DNA of 64,000 nucleotides from Octopus sinensis (lineage: Eukaryota), in assembly GCF_006345805.1 (NCBI RefSeq), contig NC_043012.1:42098001-42162000 (forward strand), read 5' to 3'. Under the pieces are notes generated by a model. The model saw nothing but the letters and a program-made list of their open reading frames with translations, searched no databases and was not told the DNA's origin. Each line of letters opens with the position of its first letter. The first letter of the stretch is position 1. The translations under genes and the position numbers were made by a program. This document shows, one piece after another, positions 1-14,751 of the stretch.

Positions 1-169
1 AGAAATATGTATGTTTATTACCACGTTCCTTTCAACATATTTATAGTCCTATGTGTAAGGCATATTACACATGTATATCAGTGTATGTGCGTGCGTGTGT
101 ATGTGTGTGCATATAGAAATAGATATTCTTACACATGCCTTCCCCCTCTCCCTCCCACTGTGTGTTTGT

Positions 170-291
170 ATGCGTATATATATATATATATATATATATA
201 TTCTGTGCGTTTGTATGTATATATAAATGGATGGATGTAAGGATGTATATGTATATACATACATAAATACTGATAGATAGATAGATAGATG

Positions 292-339
<48 letters not shown>

Positions 340-367
340 CGCAGTATATATACATACGCAAATACAG

Positions 368-408
<41 letters not shown>

Positions 409-420
409 TATATGCGTGTG
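170..420. repeat. Compound microsatellite (TA)n/(GATA)n/(CA)n
   Basis: Direct inspection of tandem 2-4 nt units. Confidence 0.95.
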
Positions 421-714
421 AGTCCATACAAATATATTTGTTGTTGTTGTTATTAGTGTTGTTGCTGCTCTCATTTAGTCTGGAGTTTTCTCCCACAATA
501 GGTAAGTCGTTGTTCTCAATGACTACCAGAGCGCGACCGTGGGACCTCTGTGGGTGTGTGTATGCGTTTCACTGTGTGCGCATTGTGTATGCATACGTCT
601 GTGTATGTGTGTGTGTTTGTGTGTATGCGTGTGTGTTTCTATGCTACTTACAAACTAGTTGCATGACAAAAAAACATTTTATTTTCTTTTGTTGTTTTGT
701 TTCTTTTTTGTTCC

Positions 715-716
715 AA

Positions 717-788
<72 letters not shown>

Positions 789-835
789 GTCTCTCTTCCT
801 CTCTCTCCCTCTCGTCTTCTCCCTCCCTCTTTCTC
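715..835. repeat. (TC)n microsatellite
   Basis: Direct inspection. Confidence 0.95.
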
Positions 836-900
836 AGAAATATACTGTTGAATAATTATTATCTCTCTCTATTTCTCATATACATATACATATATATATA

Positions 901-1063
901 CGACGGGCTTCTTTCAGTTTCCGTCTACCAAATCCACTCACAAGGCTTTGGTCGGCCCGAAACTATAGTAGAAGAAACTTGCTTGAGGTGCCACGCAGTG
1001 GGATTGAACATGGAACCATGTGATTGGTAAGCAAGCTACTTACCACACATCCACTTCTACGCC

Positions 1064-1064
<1 letters not shown>
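901..1064 (-). mobile_element. tRNA-derived SINE, family 1 (head plus core)
   Basis: Reverse complement matches copies at 19031, 29603, 45855, 50180 and 63225; A-box-like TGG..GTGGTAAG and B-box-like GTTCAATCCC. Confidence 0.85.
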
Positions 1065-1101
<37 letters not shown>

Positions 1102-1159
1102 AAAGTATAAATATATATACATACGCATACAAGCAGACACATACACATGCATATATGTC

Positions 1160-1205
<46 letters not shown>

Positions 1206-1276
1206 TGTGTGTGATGTGTATGTCTGCTGTCTGTCTATGTATCTGCACACACATAGACACACACACACATATATAT

Positions 1277-1371
1277 ATAGGCGTAGGAGTGGATGTGTGG
1301 TGAGTAGCTTGCTTACCAACCACATGGTTCCATGTTCAATCCCACTGCGTGGCACCTCAAGCAAGTTTCTT
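1277..1371 (+). mobile_element. SINE family 1, 3'-truncated inverted duplicate of the 901-1064 copy
   Basis: Shares private variants with the 901-1064 copy (GGATGTG, CCATGTTCAATCCC, CACCTCAAGCAAGTTTCTT). Confidence 0.85.
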
Positions 1372-1396
1372 AGGGTTAGGTTTAGGGTTAGGGTTA
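1370..1396 (+). repeat. Short interstitial telomeric repeat, about (TTAGGG)4
   Basis: TTAGGG TTAGGT TTAGGG TTAGGG TTA. Confidence 0.8.
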
Positions 1397-2330
1397 TTTC
1401 CTTTACTAACTAGAAATCCAAAAATGAACGACATCCTGAAAACACACAAAACTCATCAAAAGCAAAAACAAGACAAATCGCTAAAGAGACTACTAACAAA
1501 TGCGAAGCTTTACAAAATAACCATAAACCAACTGTTGAAAAATGTGGACGGCCAAACTGTGGAACCTGCCCCAATCTGCTTGAAGGCTCGGATTTCCTTT
1601 TGAAACAAGGACAGAGGTTCACAATTAAAACTAGTTTTACTTGTGCCTCAGAGAACCTAATTTATGTAATCACCTGCTCAGGTTGCGAACACCACTATAT
1701 TGGACAAACGAGTATGACCTTGAGAAAGAGAACCACTCTACATAAAGAGCAAATCCGTTTCCCGCAATACAGACAAATTCCTCTCAGTGAACATATAGAA
1801 AAATGTGCAGCTAACATCAAACCAAATTTCACAGCCTTCCCTTTCTACCAGTGCAAAGACGTAATCTCTCAACTAGAACGTTTAAATAAAGAACCTTTTT
1901 TCATTGAAAAATACAAAATACGTCTTAATATGCACGCATAACCAGCTTTTATCTTCTTACATATTTCAATTCACGACTACATCACTGTACATAAATCCCC
2001 TACTAAACAAGGTTTTTGAAACTTGTCTCTGTCTGTACACATATATAATCCCCACACATTACTGAAAGCTGAACAGTTATCTCCCCTACCCACAACAATA
2101 ACAATAATAGCGACAACCAATTACCTCCCTTTATTTATCTACTTATGAAGTCATTCACACGTGAATTTCATCACACACAACATGGACAAAATTTCTTAAG
2201 AAAAAATATGTATTCAAATAAGTAAAACATAATATCATGAATAGCGATAGCGAAACCGGTCGATATATTAAAAATCATATTAAAACTATGTAAGTGTGCG
2301 TATTTTCCTTTTGTAATTTCTTATATACAT
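1397..2330 (+). mobile_element. Penelope-like element, 5'-truncated: Cys linker, GIY-YIG endonuclease and 3' UTR/pLTR
   Basis: CGRPNCGTC linker across a frameshift; ORF 1600-1941 FTC..NLIYVITCSGCEHHYIGQT..LRKRTTLH is a GIY-YIG motif. Confidence 0.85.
2232..2266 (+). ncRNA. Decayed minimal hammerhead-ribozyme-like motif in the PLE 3' end
   Basis: Stem I ATATC/GATAT; core ATGAATA (2 mismatches to CUGANGA); GC-GATA-GC; GAAA; palindromic ACCGGT; GUC site. Confidence 0.4.
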
Positions 2331-2499
2331 TACAACTCACCACGTGGGGATAATCGAAATTCCTCTTTTCTGATATATATATATATATATTCGGAAAGTC
2401 AAATTTTCTTTTTCTGGTGGATAGATGCACCGTTTCAGAGCCTTTCGCAACTAAACATATATACGTAACCACATACACTGGCATTTATACATACATACA

Positions 2500-2566
<67 letters not shown>

Positions 2567-2665
2567 TATATAAATTTAGCAATTAAGGCATGTGCTTCGT
2601 TGATGTTGATCAGTTAGCTGATCGGCTTAAGCGGGGCAGGGTCGTTGTTTATTTATAATACATTC

Positions 2666-2712
2666 AGGCCTGCTGATGAAACGTAAGTATGAAATCACTG
2701 TGATACAGGTCT
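2666..2712 (+). ncRNA. Type I hammerhead ribozyme motif
   Basis: AGGCCTG-CTGATGA-AACGTAAGTAT-GAAA-TCACTGTGA-TA-CAGGTCT: 7 bp stem I and intact core; weak stem II. Confidence 0.65.
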
Positions 2713-2858
2713 ATATTTTTTAAATGTCTTACTTTGAAAAATTGCATTCGGTGGGATTAGTAATATTTTTGGTAGAAATGACTAATTGTCCCTCTTAGCG
2801 TGTGGCATGTATGTATAATGCCTTCTGGCATGTATGTATAATGCCCTCTATATATAAA

Positions 2859-2920
<62 letters not shown>

Positions 2921-3710
2921 CTTATATATATAGTGTGTGTGTGTGTGTGTGTATCGTATCATTTATATTCATAATATATTAAAATTTCCTTCTAAATTTG
3001 AGAAGAGAAAATCGCAAAACCTTCTTACTACTTGTCAATACAAGTATGAATGCAAAGGAGGTGGAATTGGCAGAAATGTAAAATTCATTTCTTGTATTAT
3101 TTTATATTTTAATGAAAATGACCGTTTGACCTTGTGTATGTAGACACGGACAACTTTGGATATAAGTTTCATTGTATTTGGTATCATAAGTTTCCAACCA
3201 GCACTAGGACTGGAATTGATCCCTGCACAGGTATTATTGTTCGTATGTTCAATTACCGCCAAACAATTATGGGAGGCATTATCAATACCGGCGTTGGGCT
3301 GGGATGGGGTGTCACTACTATTATACTCTCAACCCTTGTGTCACCAAGTTGCTTCTGCTAAATATATATACATACACATAATGACGATGATGATGACGCT
3401 TTGGCTGTTTTGCTTGTTTGCTGTGTAAAATTATCGCCTCACTGTATATATGGATGCATAATATGCATTGTAACATCAACCAGCAGCTGAAACTTTGAAA
3501 CAGCTGTAAATACTATCTTCATCTTGTGTTTATTTATATAAAAATATCTCATATAAATAAAGGCCACCGATATCTGTCCATTTTTTGACTATTTTTATAT
3601 GCACATATATCTAGAAAATGCATAAATATACGTATAGTTATACATATATATACACACATACATACACAAGCATAAATACTTATATACGTACATGCGTACA
3701 CACACACACA

Positions 3711-3783
<73 letters not shown>

Positions 3784-4019
3784 CAAATGTCACTAAACGT
3801 GACTAGGGTGTTAGAAAATACCTACATTGCTAGAAATAAGAGCTAAACTGCTTTAATGTCGTACTTGATGCATATGATTGAAAACATATATACTAACAGG
3901 GAGTATAATCGTCCGAAAAGCGCCGATCAACAATTGACATTTGTAATCCGCCTTTTTTTTTGAAACATTGCTAATTGCTGTTTATATTAATTATACATGC
4001 ATACATATAATCATACAAC

Positions 4020-4245
<226 letters not shown>

Positions 4246-4342
4246 CACATATCTAGAGGTTACATATATATGAATATATTCCTATAAGTAATGTATAAAT
4301 ATTTTTGTATGAATGTGTGCATATGTATATATGTATGTATAC

Positions 4343-4387
<45 letters not shown>

Positions 4388-4984
4388 GAAGGTGGTAGTC
4401 ATTGTACTTCGAGAGCTATTGTTTGTAGTGATGGTGGTGGTGGTGCTAGTGACGTCGGTGTAAATAGGTTTTGTGTAGGTGGGTAGAAAGGCGGGCGGTG
4501 TCACTAAAGATGTGCAATGTTCCTTTCACTGTGTAAATTAAACAGATTCAGTAAAACTTGTTTAAAACGAGGTGGTCACGCCTAGCAAACCCTAAAACAA
4601 ATTGCAACAGTCCGCCAAAAGTCTCGAACTTTTATTTTCTCTTTTCACCTTGATTGTTTGCTATCTTTCACCTGTTTCACCTCAGAGACGTAAAGGCAGT
4701 TCTTTGTCAACTTACAAATATTTTATTTGAAAATCTTTTAAATAAATAAAAAAAGCCAAACCTTAAATTTTTTTCTTTCTTCCGTACATTTTGAATTGTT
4801 GTTGGTATTATTACTGTTATTATTGTTATTGCTTATTACAAGGACTACAAGTGTCACAAGCGCTCCGTGAGTTTTCCAATTGTTTTCATAGGTATAAATC
4901 TAGTTTTGTTTCCCTTTTGTTATAGAGTGAGTAATTCACTTGAGCAGACCATAAGGGTCTAAGTAAAAGTCCTTGTTGTCTGCT

Positions 4985-7900
4985 CCAGGGGTAAAATTTC
5001 GAAAAGAAAGTTTTCCTTTTCGAAATATTGTATAAAATATTCAATGGTGGAATCTTCTTTGCCAAACGGAAAAGAGAGGATAGTGGGGCGGGGTATTGAA
5101 GGCGAAATTGGCTTTTGCAATCAGTCTCCAACAAACATGGAAAGAGGTAGTGATAGCAACAGCAATAGAAACATTCTCGACGACGCCCAGTGTACCCCCA
5201 AGAACGTCGTCGCACTTGCCCGTCACTAAACCTCTATAGAACGCCCGAGTGATACTTCCCTCGACTGCATTGCTCGACTGACAGACAATTGTGAGCTCCT
5301 GGCGACAGGTGCCAGGCGCCCTGCCTCGGTCTGCGTTTGATCCAGGACTGCAGCTCAGACAAAGAGACAAGCAGTGGAAAATCCTGTCTGACAAACGGCG
5401 ACCACACCTGCTCAACGTCCAGGAAGCACTGGAGATGTCGCAGCCTCAGCGCATGTCTACGCATCAGAAGCCACGGCATGTCAAGCCTTCTATTCAGCGG
5501 GTGTTGATAGCAAACGAGTGGAACGCATCCCTTCCACAGAAAGCAGATGAGTAGGCGCTCCAATTTAGTCAGACGTAAACCGGAGCCAGGCATGACGCTC
5601 AGGCGGTAATACATGACGGAGGCGATGTAAGCATTCGCCACCTCTACCCGGCCTTTCAGGAATAGCATTCTCTCAGCCCATTTCTAGGTGAGATTGGCCA
5701 CTCTGCTCGTCATCCCCTCCCAGTTCTTCTCCACTTGAAGATCTGACACAAATCAGATGACGAGCAATTTCATCCAGTGTCCTACCACGTTATTGGACAG
5801 CACTGACCTGCCTCTTCAGGTGCCGAGTTGCAGGACCACTGACTTTGCTTGTTAATTTTCGCCTGTGTCACCGCCTCGTATTCTTTTAGAGCAGGGCCGA
5901 CCATGTTTATGTGCCTGGTGTTCGACATAATGATGGTTACGCCGTCTACGTATATCGACTCGATTCTCCAATGTCCTAGTTCGCGCGAGATGTCTCTCAA
6001 CGCCCCTAATTTCCGTAGTAGTGACTCTAGAACAAGTACATACATAAGAGACAAGAGCTAACATCCTTGAAAGACCGAACTCAGGATGCTGAATCGTTCC
6101 TATAGGTAACCATTTACCCGAACAATCGAACAGATGTCGCTGTACATTGCAGTGATGCAGCCACGGAAAACGGGGACGAAACCGACCAACAAGTATTGGT
6201 GGTCGATCCTATCGAAGGCTTTAGACTAATTCATGCGTGTTTGAGACTGATCCATGCAAGCTTCTTTGCTCACTCTGTCTATGATGTATCACTTGAGATG
6301 GAGATTGTCGTGAAGGGATGTTTGGGATTGCGCATGTTTGCGCATCACCAACCAGTTCCTCGACGACAAGCACCAACCTCTTTGCTAACACCATGGCCAA
6401 CATTTTGAAGTCTATATTCAGCAGCATTATGGGCCTAAAATTTTCGATTCCATCCCTTTTGTTTGAGTCCTTTCTTAGCTGTGTCACCACTCCTCGACTC
6501 ACAGAATTAGGAATTCTCCTGATCTTCTATCACTTGCTGTAGATGTCTGCTGATAGGCCTCCAAACAAGTTTGGCACATAAAAACAAAGCTGGTGGGGCA
6601 GACCTTCCAAACCAGGCGATTTGCTCCCCATGCAACCCATTATTGCATCCCTTATTTCCGCGGATGTTATCCACATTATGCAATGCTCCACCGAGAATCC
6701 TGACATGCCGTCTAGGTCACTGAAGTTCATCCTGCATTCAGGACTCTGCCATTCGTTCCAAACAGTTGAATGAAATACTGCTGAAATGCCGCACGCATCT
6801 GTTCAGGATCGAGTACTGGGAGCTGAATTGTGGATTTGTTGCCACGTTGCGCCTCTGCCACTCGGCCCCATCGAACAGATTCCGTTCCCTCTTGTCTCAG
6901 AGTATGCACAACCTTCGTGTCTAGTTGAAGAATTGTTCCAGGGCCAATCTCGTGTCCAACACGTCGGTTGCGCCTCTTTTAAGTTTCTAAGTTCCCTTCT
7001 ATTTAATTTCTTTCTATCATTAATGCCTTTCTAAACATAACTGATTCTACTCTAATTTCCTTTTTCAGAGCAAACTATCATTTGTTGATGACGGTTACCC
7101 CCGTCAGCACCCGCTAATCTAATTCTCTACTCCGGTCTCTGTAAGTTTGGCACTCCGGGAGTGGCACGTTCAGCTTCCAGTTGACACGTTACCTCCTAAG
7201 TCTATCTAGGTTCGCCATACAGATCATAAAATGTGTTCATCAATTCATTGTCCATGTTTATTTCGGTATAGTTAATAATATTTGAATATTGCTGGTGAAG
7301 CTTCGTGCCATTTGGTAGGCTTATGAATTCTGGCATGGCCTCGACGCTTGGCTGATCTGCCTGTATTAATAACTGCATATCCTGTTCTAACTAGTTCCGC
7401 TTCTGGATTTTCTGCATCCGTAGAATAGTGGTATTCTCTTCTGTGTCAAAGAGAGCCGCAGCCACCAACCAACAGATTTCTGGTAATATATTTTGTATTC
7501 TTTCTTTGAACAGCACTCAGCCAAGGAAGATGAGGACGAGAATGAGTTCTTCACTCGTTAGGGTGGCCATTGAGTGACATTTGGCCGCCTTCTCTTGAGC
7601 AAACCTCATTTCGACAGTCCCACCTCCCCCCACCCACCCCCAGGTTAAACAGGTTTTGTTCTTCCAAACTGGTCGTAAACATTTTTGTTATTTGCTGCTG
7701 TGTAGCCTGCTCTGCTCTTTTACTTTTTGCTCCAATTGTTTTACATAAAACTGTCCGAAAATTGTTTTTTTGCAGGACAGATCTAGAAATATTTAGTGCC
7801 TCATTTCTTCCACATTTTTCCTTCGTACATTTTGCAATTTTGAATTCGTTTACGTTGATAGAGATGTCTTCGCTTACTTGTCTTGTTGCGTGGTTCGTTT
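4985..7900 (-). mobile_element. Degraded Tx1/L1-clade LINE (ORF1 remnants plus RT region)
   Basis: Frameshifted peptides NFRPIMLLNIDFKMLAMVLAKRL, KSPGLEGLP, LKGRVEVANAYIASV; homologous to the 53902-56450 copy. The ORF1 extent (7080-7900) is less certain. Confidence 0.8.
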
Positions 7901-8360
7901 TCTTTGTTGTCATTTTCGATAATGATGTTGGTGGTGGTAAGTTCGCTGTTACCACTGGCGGTGCTGGTAGAGGTGGTAGTGTGCCCCACTGTTGTTGTTG
8001 TTGTTGTTGTTGTTGTCGTCGTCGTCATTATTGTTGTTGTTGTTGTTGCTTTTTGTAGCCATTGATTTCTTATGCTCCTGCGATGGTGAAGGTGTTGCTG
8101 AAAGAAACGGAAAGTTATTTTCGTAACCTTCACTGGTGCTATTGTTGTTTTTCTTGTTGTTGTATAAAATATTGGGGAGTTTATCAGCCAAAGCAAACAC
8201 CAAATTAGCGCCCAAGGACTACGGATGGAGAGCTGACGAGCTCCCTAAAGTCCTGGTTAATTTATCTATATAACAATATCAAATATGCAAAGCATAGCAA
8301 TATATAACAATATAAATAACAACAAACTTACGGAAGCAATGTACAACAGAGTCGATAGAC

Positions 8361-8407
<47 letters not shown>

Positions 8408-8410
8408 TAA

Positions 8411-8903
8411 AGGAGGCTAGAGAGAGGCAAGACGTGGTATGAGCACAAATCACAGAGAGTGGCAGAGTCGGAGACTAGCAAGATTCTCTGGGATTTCTCA
8501 ATCCAAACAGATCAGGTGTTAGTGCATAACAGACCGGACCTAGTGGTGGTGGAAGAGGTGCACCACATGTGCTATATAGTTGATGTTGCATGCTCGTTTG
8601 ACCCACGAACAGTCAAGAAGGAAGTACGAAATAGCCGGGCTATGGGAAATGAAGAAGGTGAAGATAGTGCCAATTATTGTTGGATCCTTTGGAACAGTAT
8701 CAGAAGGCATCAGGAGGAATATAAGGGAAATTGGAATAGAGTGCCCAGAAGAACTGTTACAAAAGGTTTGCCTTCTTGACACGGCCAGAATAATCAGGAA
8801 AGTATTAGCTGAAAAGAATGGATAGCAAGGTACCGTAGGCTGCAGGTAGCAAGCCCATTAAGCATGCAAGATTCCAGAAATTCCAACAAAACCTGTGATA
8901 AAG
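8411..8903 (+). mobile_element. R4/Dong-like 3' fragment (restriction-like endonuclease), family B, in (TAA)n
   Basis: KILWDFSIQTD..HNRPDLVVV..YIVDVAC and IVPIIVGSFG motifs; TAA repeats on both sides. Confidence 0.85.
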
Positions 8904-8918
8904 ATAATAATAATAATA

Positions 8919-10276
<1,358 letters not shown>

Positions 10277-10280
10277 AATG

Positions 10281-10323
<43 letters not shown>

Positions 10324-10324
<1 letters not shown>

Positions 10325-10495
10325 TTGGTTTCACATTTTGCCACAAGGGCAGCAATTTTGGGGGTATTTATTTTATCGACCCCGAAAGGATGAAAGGTAA
10401 TGTTTGACCTCGGCGGAATTTGAACCCAGAACGTAGCGACGGACGAAAAACCGTTAAGCATTTCGTCCAACGTGTTAATGATTCTGCCAGCCTTA
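10324..10495 (-). mobile_element. tRNA-derived SINE, family 2
   Basis: Homologous to 19618-19828; B-box-like GGTTCAAATTCC on the minus strand. Confidence 0.75.
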
Positions 10496-10531
10496 TCAAT
10501 AATAGCAACAACAACAATAATGATGATGATG

Positions 10532-10599
<68 letters not shown>

Positions 10600-10612
10600 G
10601 ATGGTGATGATA

Positions 10613-10797
10613 GCCTGAACTTTTGTGAAGAGAGGCCTAGTTGATTACATCGACCCCACAGTTCAACTGGTACTTATTTAGCGACCCCGAAAAGGTGAAA
10701 AGCTGAGTGGATTTCGGCTGCATTCGAACTCGAGAAGGAAAGAGACATAAGTAAATACCGTATGGCACTTCATCGAATGCTGTACTGATTCCACAAT
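10613..10797 (-). mobile_element. SINE family 2, degenerate
   Basis: Shares the ATCGACCCC..ACTGGTACTTATTT..GACCCCGAAA core. Confidence 0.6.
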
Positions 10798-10829
10798 ACT
10801 AGTAATGATGAACAGCCTCGTTTAGCTTT

Positions 10830-10889
10830 TGACTACTACTACTGCTGCTGCTGCTGCTGCTACTGCTACTACTACTACTATTACTGCCG

Positions 10890-10966
<77 letters not shown>

Positions 10967-11115
10967 GCCACTACTACACTAATATTACTAATACTAATAC
11001 TGCTGCTGCTACTGCTACTACTGCCACTACTACTACACTAATATTAATACTACTACTGCTGCTGCTGCTACTACTACTCTTGCTGCTGCTACTACTGCTG
11101 TTTCTACTGCTGTTG
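10830..11115. repeat. (CTA)n/(CTG)n trinucleotide tract
   Basis: Direct inspection. Confidence 0.9.
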
Positions 11116-11540
11116 CTACTCTTTCAGTGACCTGGACAGTTCTAATCAGAACTAATCTAAGCGGAGGTTATAAAACCCATTGAACGTCTGGCGTTGTCAA
11201 CAAATCCACAAACCCGATGCATTTTATATCGTATGTCATTCACTGTAGAAGCAGTATTCATAATTTATCAACCAATGAAGGGAAAAAAAAAAGGAAAAAT
11301 AAAATATTAATTTGTCTTTAATGAGAATCGAACGCAAAACATTAAAATAACAAGTAACCACCACTTCATCAATTATACAACCTAACACCTGAATGAATGT
11401 AATATCTCCCTGATGTGCAGTTTTAGTGTTAGTTGTAAGAGAAAAGTAATGATAAAAATGTTTAAAAATCAGGCAAATGATTGAAAATTAAAATGACCGC
11501 AAGCCTTGTTCCGAAATATTAATGCACAGCCATTTTGTTT

Positions 11541-11607
<67 letters not shown>

Positions 11608-11954
11608 TTTGTTTTAGTTCTCTCTGTTCTCCTTCTTTTAGCATCCTGCTACAACATATGGATTTTCATCGTGTTCATACTGACCTAAATATGGCGTTGA
11701 ATCTCTATCTAAATGCTAACAGGTCACTGTTAGGTGGGAGGGGTGAGCTTCCTCAGTAGACAAGCACGCAATTTACAATCGCTCGGTTTTTGTCTCTTTA
11801 TTCATTGATTGATCAAATAATAAAATGATTGGTGAAACAACTTATTGCCTAATGCTGTCACAGATGTAGCCAATTAGTTTATGGGAGGTTCAAGCTAAAA
11901 AAATATTTCACATTTCAATATGTGTCATATACAAGATGACAAACCACGCGCATA

Positions 11955-12026
<72 letters not shown>

Positions 12027-12203
12027 CGCACACACGCGCACTGACATATATATATAATTACTATCCATTTATATATCTATATATATACATACATACACAC
12101 ACACACATACATATACATATACATACATACATATATACATACATACACATACATATATATATATGTATATATATATATATATGACACCTCCTTCTATTCC
12201 CCT

Positions 12204-13897
12204 TTGCCCTCTAACCCCACACGTAGCTACCAACAGACGGTATCCTCTACTGTCCAAGACCTCATCTCGTCCTCCCGTCTCCCCCGCACCGCATCCAACC
12301 TAATTGTGCGAACCCCACGTACCCCCACCATTTACTTCCTCCCCAAAATCCACAAACCCAACAACCCTGGCCGCCCCATCGTCTCCGCCTGTAACTGCCC
12401 CACGGAGCTCATCTCTAAATACCTCGACCGTGTCCTTGCCCCCCTAGTGGCATCTCTTCCCTCCCACATCCACGATACCAACCATGCTCTCCGGCTTTTC
12501 AACTCTTTCTCCTTTCCTCCCGGCTCCTCCAAAATCCTTTTTACTATGGACATCCAAAGCCTCTATACTGTTATCCCTCACCACGAAGGACTGCAGGCCC
12601 TTCGACACTTTCTTGACCTCCGCTCACCCTGTACCTGACACCTTCACACTCATTCGTCTGGCCGAACTTGTCCTTACTCTGAACTGCTTCTCGTTCGCGG
12701 GCGAGTTCTACCATCAGGTCTCGGGAGTGGCCATGGGAACGCGAATGGGCCCCAACTATGCGAACCTGTTCGTTGGCTATGTTGAGGCCCAAATATTCTC
12801 TAATTTCACTGGTCCCACTCCTGAACTATATGGTCGTTATATTGACGACATTATCGGTGCCACCTCACTCTCCCGCGAACATCTAGATTCCTTCCTCTCT
12901 TTCGTCCAATCTTTCCATCCAGCCCTCCACTTCACTTCCACTATCTCAAACACCATCTGTCTCCTTCCTCGACATTTCGGTTAGCATTCTTCACTCCACT
13001 CTTACCACCTCCATTCACTACAAACACACAGACTCACACTCATACCTCAACTTCTCTTCCTCCCACCCAGAACACACCAAGCTTTCCATCCCCTATTCCC
13101 AATTCCTCCGTCTACGTAGGCTCTGTAGTGACGACCATGACTTGAGACTCAGTCTCAACGTATGGCTCACCACTTCACCCTACGTGGATACCCCCTCACC
13201 ACTATCCACACCGCCCTTGCCAGAGCACGGTCCGTGGACCGTGTATCTGCTCTCTCTCCCCGAACCCGCCCTGTAGTCTCCCGCCTCCCTTTTCCCCTCA
13301 CTTACCACCCCACGACCCTACGTCTCCAACGCACCATTCTTCGAGCTTTCCGTCATCTCCAGTCCGACCCGTCCACTTCACACCTCTTCCCTAACCGACC
13401 CCTCCCCTCTTTCAAACGAGCCCACAACCTTCGAGACCTTTTGGTCCATAGCTCCTTCCCTGACCCTACCTCCAACCCGGCTCGTCCCCTGCTCCCGCCC
13501 ACGTTGCCGCACTTGCCCTTACCTCTCCAACACCACCCGCCTCACTAGCACCCACCATCGACCCTATCCCATCATCCACTCCTTCACCTGCACCTCCAGC
13601 AATATTATCTATTGCATCTCTTGCTCTCTCTGCAATTCCTTGTACATCGGACAAACGGGACGCCGCTTGGCTGACCGGTTCGCGGAACACCTTCGTGACA
13701 TCCACCTTGCGAACGACACACCGGTCTCACGCCATTTCCGCTCCACCGGTCACTCCTTGCAACACCTATCTGTGTTCGGTTTGTCCTTACACAGAGGCCA
13801 TCCGGATTCCCGTTTGCGCCGTGAACAGGGAATTAATCTTCTCTCTTCGCTCTTATACGCCATTTGGTCTCTCAACTTTCCCCCCCTCCTCATCTAA
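12204..13897 (+). pseudogene. PLE RT-GIY-YIG polyprotein, split by frameshifts
   Basis: Consecutive ORFs 12204-12638, 12484-12984, 13162-13548 and 13640-13897 join into one PLE protein. Confidence 0.85.
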
Positions 13898-14713
13898 CCC
13901 CTCTCCCCCCCTCCTCACCTATCCTTTCTCCCCCCGACCCCTACTTCTTCAGTCCTTCATCCTTTCACCCCTACTCCCCTTCCCTTCTTCCCTCTTTCTC
14001 CCTCCCTCTTCCCTTTCCCTCTGCTCCCTCACTCCTTCTCTCCCCTTCTCTCTTCCCCCTCTCCCTCTTTCCTCCTTCATCCCCTTCCTTCTCCCCCATC
14101 CTCTCCTCTCCCCCTTCTCTCCCTTTCTTCCTCCCCTTCCTCTCCCCCTCTTCTCCCCCTCCCTCTCTCCTCACTACACCACATGACTTTACACATCACA
14201 TCACATATGATGTGCCATACTAATACACACACCAACTAATACATACTAATACGTACTAATACATACTAGTACATACTATACTTACACCAACCCTATACAT
14301 ACACAGTGCAGACCCCGCATACGCACTTATACTCTCTACACACACACACACACACCTATACATACCAATACGTACTAATAACATACTAATACATACTAAA
14401 CATACACACACCACCCCATACATACGCACGTCCCGACCAATCCTACGCACTAATACTCTCTCATACACACACACACACACCCTTATACATACTAATACAT
14501 ACACCCCTATACATACACACATCCAGACCCCTCCACGCACTTTAGCTGGTCCCCTCAACCCTTTTATCAACCCTATTATCTCCCCTTATTTCGCTCTCGC
14601 GTCTCATGTTTGATCTTTGACCTCTGGCCGAAATCAGATCGCCATGTTGATTCGTTAGCTACTGCACGCATTTTTTTTTTCTCCTTCTTTCTGTGTTTTT
14701 CTCTCTGTGTGTA

Positions 14714-14751
14714 TCTTTCTGTTGAAGAGCGTAGGCTCGAAACGTTAAAGA
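14714..14751 (+). ncRNA. Minimal hammerhead-like motif, A6U variant (copy A)
   Basis: TCTTT-CTGTTGA-A-GAGC gtag GCTC-GAAA-CG-TT-AAAGA. Confidence 0.55.

Noticed and set aside
2803-2850. 24 bp tandem duplication with a small hairpin
   Set aside because: An ordinary slippage duplication next to a microsatellite.
3231-3361. Peptide IIVRMFNYRQTIMGGII resembling an MFS/monocarboxylate transporter loop
   Set aside because: The similarity is short and needs a gap, there is no donor site or supporting exon, and the frame ends in a stop.
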